DNA of 63,501 nt, the filler included, from an uncultured Methanosarcinales archaeon (lineage in GTDB: Archaea; Nanobdellota; Nanobdellia; Woesearchaeales; DSVV01), in the NCBI GenBank assembly GCA_964593285.1. It is 4 parts of 4 records of this genome, joined end to end, with 100 filler letters (N's around TTAATTAATTAA, not from the genome) between each part and the next. Parts side by side here need not be neighbours in the genome. Positions count along the whole stretch, not along the records: positions 44,941 to 63,501 come from CAZQHZ010000020.1; 3 more parts are not named here. One strand, written 5' to 3'. The stretch's first letter is position 1. The number at the start of each line of letters is the position of its first letter. Shown here one piece after another: positions 59,885 through 63,501 of the stretch. Made by a program: the position numbers and the translations under genes. A model generated the notes under the pieces. It saw nothing but the letters and a program-made list of their open reading frames with translations, was not told the origin of the DNA and made no database searches.

Positions 59885-60139
59885 ATAGATAATTTTAGAT
59901 ATATATTATTTAATATTTTCGAATTTTTGCAAACATAAAGTATAGTATCTAAAGAAAGATAATATCATAAGGTTAAAAATTTATTAAAGTAAAAAATATG
60001 ATCTGTAGCGAAAGGCTAATTAATGTGAAAGTGTAGAACTTTTAAAACAATCATAGAATGTTTTGAAGATATTACTTATCTTTTATGTTAACTTTATACT
60101 TTCAAATTTTTAAGAAAGAAAAAATAATTCTGTAAGAAA

Positions 60140-60484
60140 TTAATGTTTTTTAATAATTTCAACTATTTTTTTCATATTTTCTTGAGATACTGTAATAGTA
60201 TAGCCTTGAAGAATTAGTTTTATTGAATCTATATCTTTTGGAAATATATCAATTATTTTATAAATATGATCTGATTTTAGTCGTGGAATTTTTAATTTTT
60301 CTATTTCATTATATAGTTCTTTTCCTTTTTTTAAACTTAAAACATCAATTGTATTGAGATATTCTTCTGTTTTTTGTGCTCTAAAACTTAATTCATTATC
60401 TCTTTTTTTAATTTTTTCAATTTCATTTTTTAATTCATAAATTGGAATTGCATTTTCTTCAATTATTTGTGGTTTTGAATCCAT
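60140..60484 (-). CDS. rpoF: RNA polymerase subunit F (Rpo4)
   Basis: ELSFRAQKTEEYL, KIIDIFP; directly after L21e (conserved order). Confidence 0.88.
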   Translation of the reverse strand: MDSKPQIIEENAIPIYELKNEIEKIKKRDNELSFRAQKTEEYLNTIDVLSLKKGKELYNEIEKLKIPRLKSDHIYKIIDIFPKDIDSIKLILQGYTITVSQENMKKIVEIIKKH

Positions 60485-60485
60485 T

Positions 60486-60776
60486 TTAAAGCCTCTTTAA
60501 ATGAACTGGATGTACAATTAAAGTTTTATCTTTTTTTCTATCTTTAATTGCAATTTCATAACACCATCCTTTTTTTGTTTTAACAATACCTGTTTTTCCA
60601 TGAAATCTTGGAAAATACATACCTTTTTGATATGAAGAATCAGCTTTTAAACATACTTTTTCGCCATTTTCAAAAGTTTGCATAAAATTTGAAATTTTTA
60701 TTGTTCCTTTATCTTTAGGTAATCTTTTGTATACATTTCGTGTTTTTCTTCTATTTCCACCAATTCTTTGAACCAT
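60486..60776 (-). CDS. rpl21e: 50S ribosomal protein L21e
   Basis: RRKTR, GMYFPRFHGKTG, LIVHPVHLK. Confidence 0.97.
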   Translation of the reverse strand: MVQRIGGNRRKTRNVYKRLPKDKGTIKISNFMQTFENGEKVCLKADSSYQKGMYFPRFHGKTGIVKTKKGWCYEIAIKDRKKDKTLIVHPVHLKRL

Positions 60777-60907
60777 TTTTTTAATACCTTTTATTTTATT
60801 ATAAATATTATATTATTTCTTTGAAAATATAACCTATTTAAAAATATTTTGTTTTATTTTTATAATTGTTTCAAAAACTATTTATATTATTAAATTTTAA
60901 TAAAAAT

Positions 60908-61495
60908 ATGTCTTTTTTTGAAAATTTTAAAAAAATTTGGGATTTAATTGAAATTCCAACTTATTTTATGTTTATTTGGACAATTTTTATCATTATTTTT
61001 CCATTAGATAAGTATTTTGATGTAATTTTTTCACAATTGCTTTCATTATTTATTTTTATTAGTTATTTTTGGTATTTGGGTTATTTGGTATTTAAAAATG
61101 AGGAGTTATTTGAAAAATCTTTTATTATTGGTTTATTTGCAGGAGTTATTTTGGGTTTATTTTCAGCAATTGCTACATTAATTACATATTATTTTTATCC
61201 ATCAATTTTTATTGAACCAATTCAAATAATGGTTGAATCTGGACTATCTAATGAACAAGCCTTAATTTTTTTTAAAATTGGTATGTATCTTTCTATTTTA
61301 ATTTCTCCAGTAATTAATGGTTTCTTTGGTGGTTTAATAACATGGGTTTCATTTATATTTTTTAAAAAGTTTAAATCGAATGAAGAAATCAAAAAAATTA
61401 AAGATATAGACGATAAAAAAGTTATTAGTGTGGAAAAAAATTCTAAAAAAATAAAAAAATCAAAACAAAGTAAAAAGTTTGTCACTAAAAAGTAA
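60908..61495 (+). CDS. Four-TM membrane protein
   Basis: Four hydrophobic helices and basic tail. Confidence 0.7.
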   Translation: MSFFENFKKIWDLIEIPTYFMFIWTIFIIIFPLDKYFDVIFSQLLSLFIFISYFWYLGYLVFKNEELFEKSFIIGLFAGVILGLFSAIATLITYYFYPSIFIEPIQIMVESGLSNEQALIFFKIGMYLSILISPVINGFFGGLITWVSFIFFKKFKSNEEIKKIKDIDDKKVISVEKNSKKIKKSKQSKKFVTKK

Positions 61496-61542
61496 CTACA
61501 AAATAAAAACATTTAAATATAAGCTATGTTCTATTAAATAGT

Positions 61543-61917
61543 ATGGCAAAAAAATATCAAAAAATAGGGGCTGGTTTAGCCGGCATTTTAGTTGGTGCTT
61601 GTATTGCTATGGGTGAATATAACCCTGAAAAAATTGAAATAAATCATGATGACAAAAAAATAACCTATCAAAAACCACATATTAGTGTTTTAGATAAAAA
61701 GATAAATGATTCTTCATACAACTTAGGATTTAAAAATTATAAGGTTATGCCAGGTGATAATTTAACCAAAATATACAATGAAATTAAGGGTTCAAATCCA
61801 TCAGATTTAGAAAAACATCTGTTTACATATTTAAATAATCATAATAACTTAGGTAAAATAAAACCTGGTAATGAATTCAAAGTACCATATTTTGAAAATA
61901 AAATAAAAAAATATTAA
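61543..61917 (+). CDS. Exported LysM domain protein
   Basis: N-terminal hydrophobic segment; YKVMPGDNLTKI...LN...IKPGNEFKVP. Confidence 0.8.
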   Translation: MAKKYQKIGAGLAGILVGACIAMGEYNPEKIEINHDDKKITYQKPHISVLDKKINDSSYNLGFKNYKVMPGDNLTKIYNEIKGSNPSDLEKHLFTYLNNHNNLGKIKPGNEFKVPYFENKIKKY

Positions 61918-61918
61918 A

Positions 61919-62626
61919 TTATCCAACATAATTTAATTGTTTTTTTTTAAGTTGTGTTTGTGTTATTTTTCCATGTTGAATTATTTTATTAAATTTTTCT
62001 TCAAACAATTTTGCTGATTCATATAATGGCTTTGGATCAACTTCTAAAGTCAATACTTTATCTAATATTTTAATTAATTCAGCAGCTGCCTTGCTATCTG
62101 GAAATTCAGAATGTGTTTCAACAAAATATGCATTAACATTCCTGCTTGTTTTTAACAATAATGCAGATGTAACACCCATAATTATTCCTTCATCTAATGG
62201 TTTTATTTCAAGTTCTTTATTTTTAATTTTATTTTCATCTAAATTACTATAAAAATAAATATCAGGAATTTCTGTTTCTTTAGCAGTTCCAATACCATCT
62301 AGTGCAATAAATTCTTTTGCATCTAATTCATTTCCCAATTGTTCTAAAAAATCGCCTATTTTCCATTCCATACCAGGAACTCCAGTGATAGAATGTACAA
62401 TAATTAAATTATATTTTTCATTATAATAAATTCCTATAGGTTGAATTAATTCACCTTTGTGAATTGCAACTGCACTAGGCAATTCTTCAAACCATTTTTT
62501 TCCAATTAATCTGCATTCTAAATGATTAATTAAAAATTCGGTTGTAATTGTTCCAACTAATCCAAAACCAGGAAAAGCCTGAATTATTGAAGGATTTTGA
62601 GGTTTTTCGGTTAATTCCATTTCCAT
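61919..62626 (-). CDS. PAC2 family proteasome assembly chaperone
   Basis: FPGFGLVGTI, GIIMG, PDSKAAA, L.ESAK.FE. Confidence 0.9.
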   Translation of the reverse strand: MEMELTEKPQNPSIIQAFPGFGLVGTITTEFLINHLECRLIGKKWFEELPSAVAIHKGELIQPIGIYYNEKYNLIIVHSITGVPGMEWKIGDFLEQLGNELDAKEFIALDGIGTAKETEIPDIYFYSNLDENKIKNKELEIKPLDEGIIMGVTSALLLKTSRNVNAYFVETHSEFPDSKAAAELIKILDKVLTLEVDPKPLYESAKLFEEKFNKIIQHGKITQTQLKKKQLNYVG

Positions 62627-62718
62627 TTTATCTATTCAAATATTTTATATTTTAAATATGTTTTGGATTATTTTAAAATAGAAGTTTTTTTATATTTTAA
62701 TTTATTTTTAATTTATTT

Positions 62719-63243
62719 ATGGATAATTTAATAATTTACATTGTGTGTAGTATAATTTTAATATTTTTAATTTATATTTTTATTTATAATAAATTTATTT
62801 CAATTAGACAATATGTTTTTTCAAGTTGGTCTGGAATAGATGTTCAATTAAAGAGGCGAACAGAATTAATACCTAATCTTGTAAATACTGTTAAAGGCTA
62901 TGCAGTACATGAAAAAAAATTATTAGAGGAGATTACAAATATTCGTTCAAAATTAGTAAAATCAGATGATGATGATGTTTTAGAAAATTCTAAATTAAAT
63001 CATGAATTAACAAAAGAATTAAAAAATTTATTCATGGTTGCAGAAAACTATCCTGATTTAAAAGCTAATAAAAATTTTTTAAAATTACAAACTGAATTAA
63101 CTAAAACAGAAAATCAAATTGCAGCACAACGAAGAATTTATAATTCTAATGTAATGATATATAATACTAAAGTTGAATCTTTTCCAAGCTTTATTATAGC
63201 AAAAATTCATAATTTTAAAAAATTTAATTTTTTTAAAAAATGA
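62719..63243 (+). CDS. lemA: LemA family protein
   Basis: WSGIDVQLKRR.ELIPNLV, AENYPDLKAN.NF..LQ, RRIYN, FPS. Confidence 0.95.
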   Translation: MDNLIIYIVCSIILIFLIYIFIYNKFISIRQYVFSSWSGIDVQLKRRTELIPNLVNTVKGYAVHEKKLLEEITNIRSKLVKSDDDDVLENSKLNHELTKELKNLFMVAENYPDLKANKNFLKLQTELTKTENQIAAQRRIYNSNVMIYNTKVESFPSFIIAKIHNFKKFNFFKK

Positions 63244-63280
63244 TTTTAATTCTAAAAATAAAATACTTTAATTTTTAAAA

Positions 63281-63478
63281 TATGTAAAAAAATAAGTATT
63301 TTTATAATAAGAAATAATATAAATATTTTAAGTATTGTACAAATTTACTCTGTAATCCAAATAAGTATGTAAAAAAATAAGTATTTTTATAATAAGAAAT
63401 AATATAAAAATTTTAAGTATTCTATGATTTTACTCTGTAAATCAAATAAATATGTAAAAAAATAAGTATTTTTATAAT
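63281..63478. repeat. 85-bp tandem repeat, about 2.3 copies
   Basis: TATGTAAAAAAATAAGTATTTTTATAAT begins at 63281, 63366 and 63451. Confidence 0.9.
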
Positions 63479-63501
63479 ATAAAAAATTATTACAATTTTA
63501 A

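Noticed and set aside
59885..60139. Hidden gene or RNA in the glk-rpoF intergenic region
   Set aside because: Only a 4-bp hairpin (TAGC-GAAAG-GCTA) and no convincing ORF
63281..63478. CRISPR array
   Set aside because: The segments between conserved blocks are similar to each other rather than unique spacers, the period is 85 nt, and no cas genes are present
1..63501. Alternative genetic code
   Set aside because: Conserved genes are full length under code 11 and end at TAA, TAG or TGA as expected

Overview
Very AT-rich archaeal DNA, most consistent with a DPANN archaeon, probably Woesearchaeota-like. This is inferred from TBP, MCM, RPA, aIF2-beta, pelota, Rpp30, RpoF, L21e, Pth2, an intron-containing tRNA and the style of the surface proteins. 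The window is a concatenated draft. Three 100-nt spacers with the artificial six-frame-stop linker TTAATTAATTAA (2124-2223, 18981-19080, 44841-44940) and two plain 100-N gaps (14464-14563, 41081-41180) split it, so linkage across the spacers is not assured. The dominant feature is a large inventory of about 17 proteins with archaeal class III (type IV prepilin-like) signal peptides in three loci: 5.2-19.0 kb (with two giant Cys-rich surface proteins), 23.3-27.5 kb and 53.0 kb. Several carry cargo suggesting attack on a walled cell: an intact NlpC/P60 cysteine-peptidase domain, a possible degenerate amidase fold, and glycine-rich hydrophobic hairpins. A separate exported LysM protein is also present. 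My best candidate for an undescribed system is a pilus-borne, contact-dependent host-attachment and wall-breaching apparatus; this is inference, and no pilus ATPase or prepilin peptidase is in the window. Other notable items: an ORB element (candidate replication origin) in front of tbp-mcm-rpa, a split ThiI, intact-ORF pseudoenzymes (Zwf, TrxR), a GCS2 ligase/N-formylglutamate amidohydrolase pair, an extracytoplasmic thiol-redox operon, a subtilase with a possible inhibitor, an unexplained structured GC-rich element beside tRNA-Ser(GCT), and a partial tandem gene duplication. All family calls are by eye from motifs; no database searches were run.
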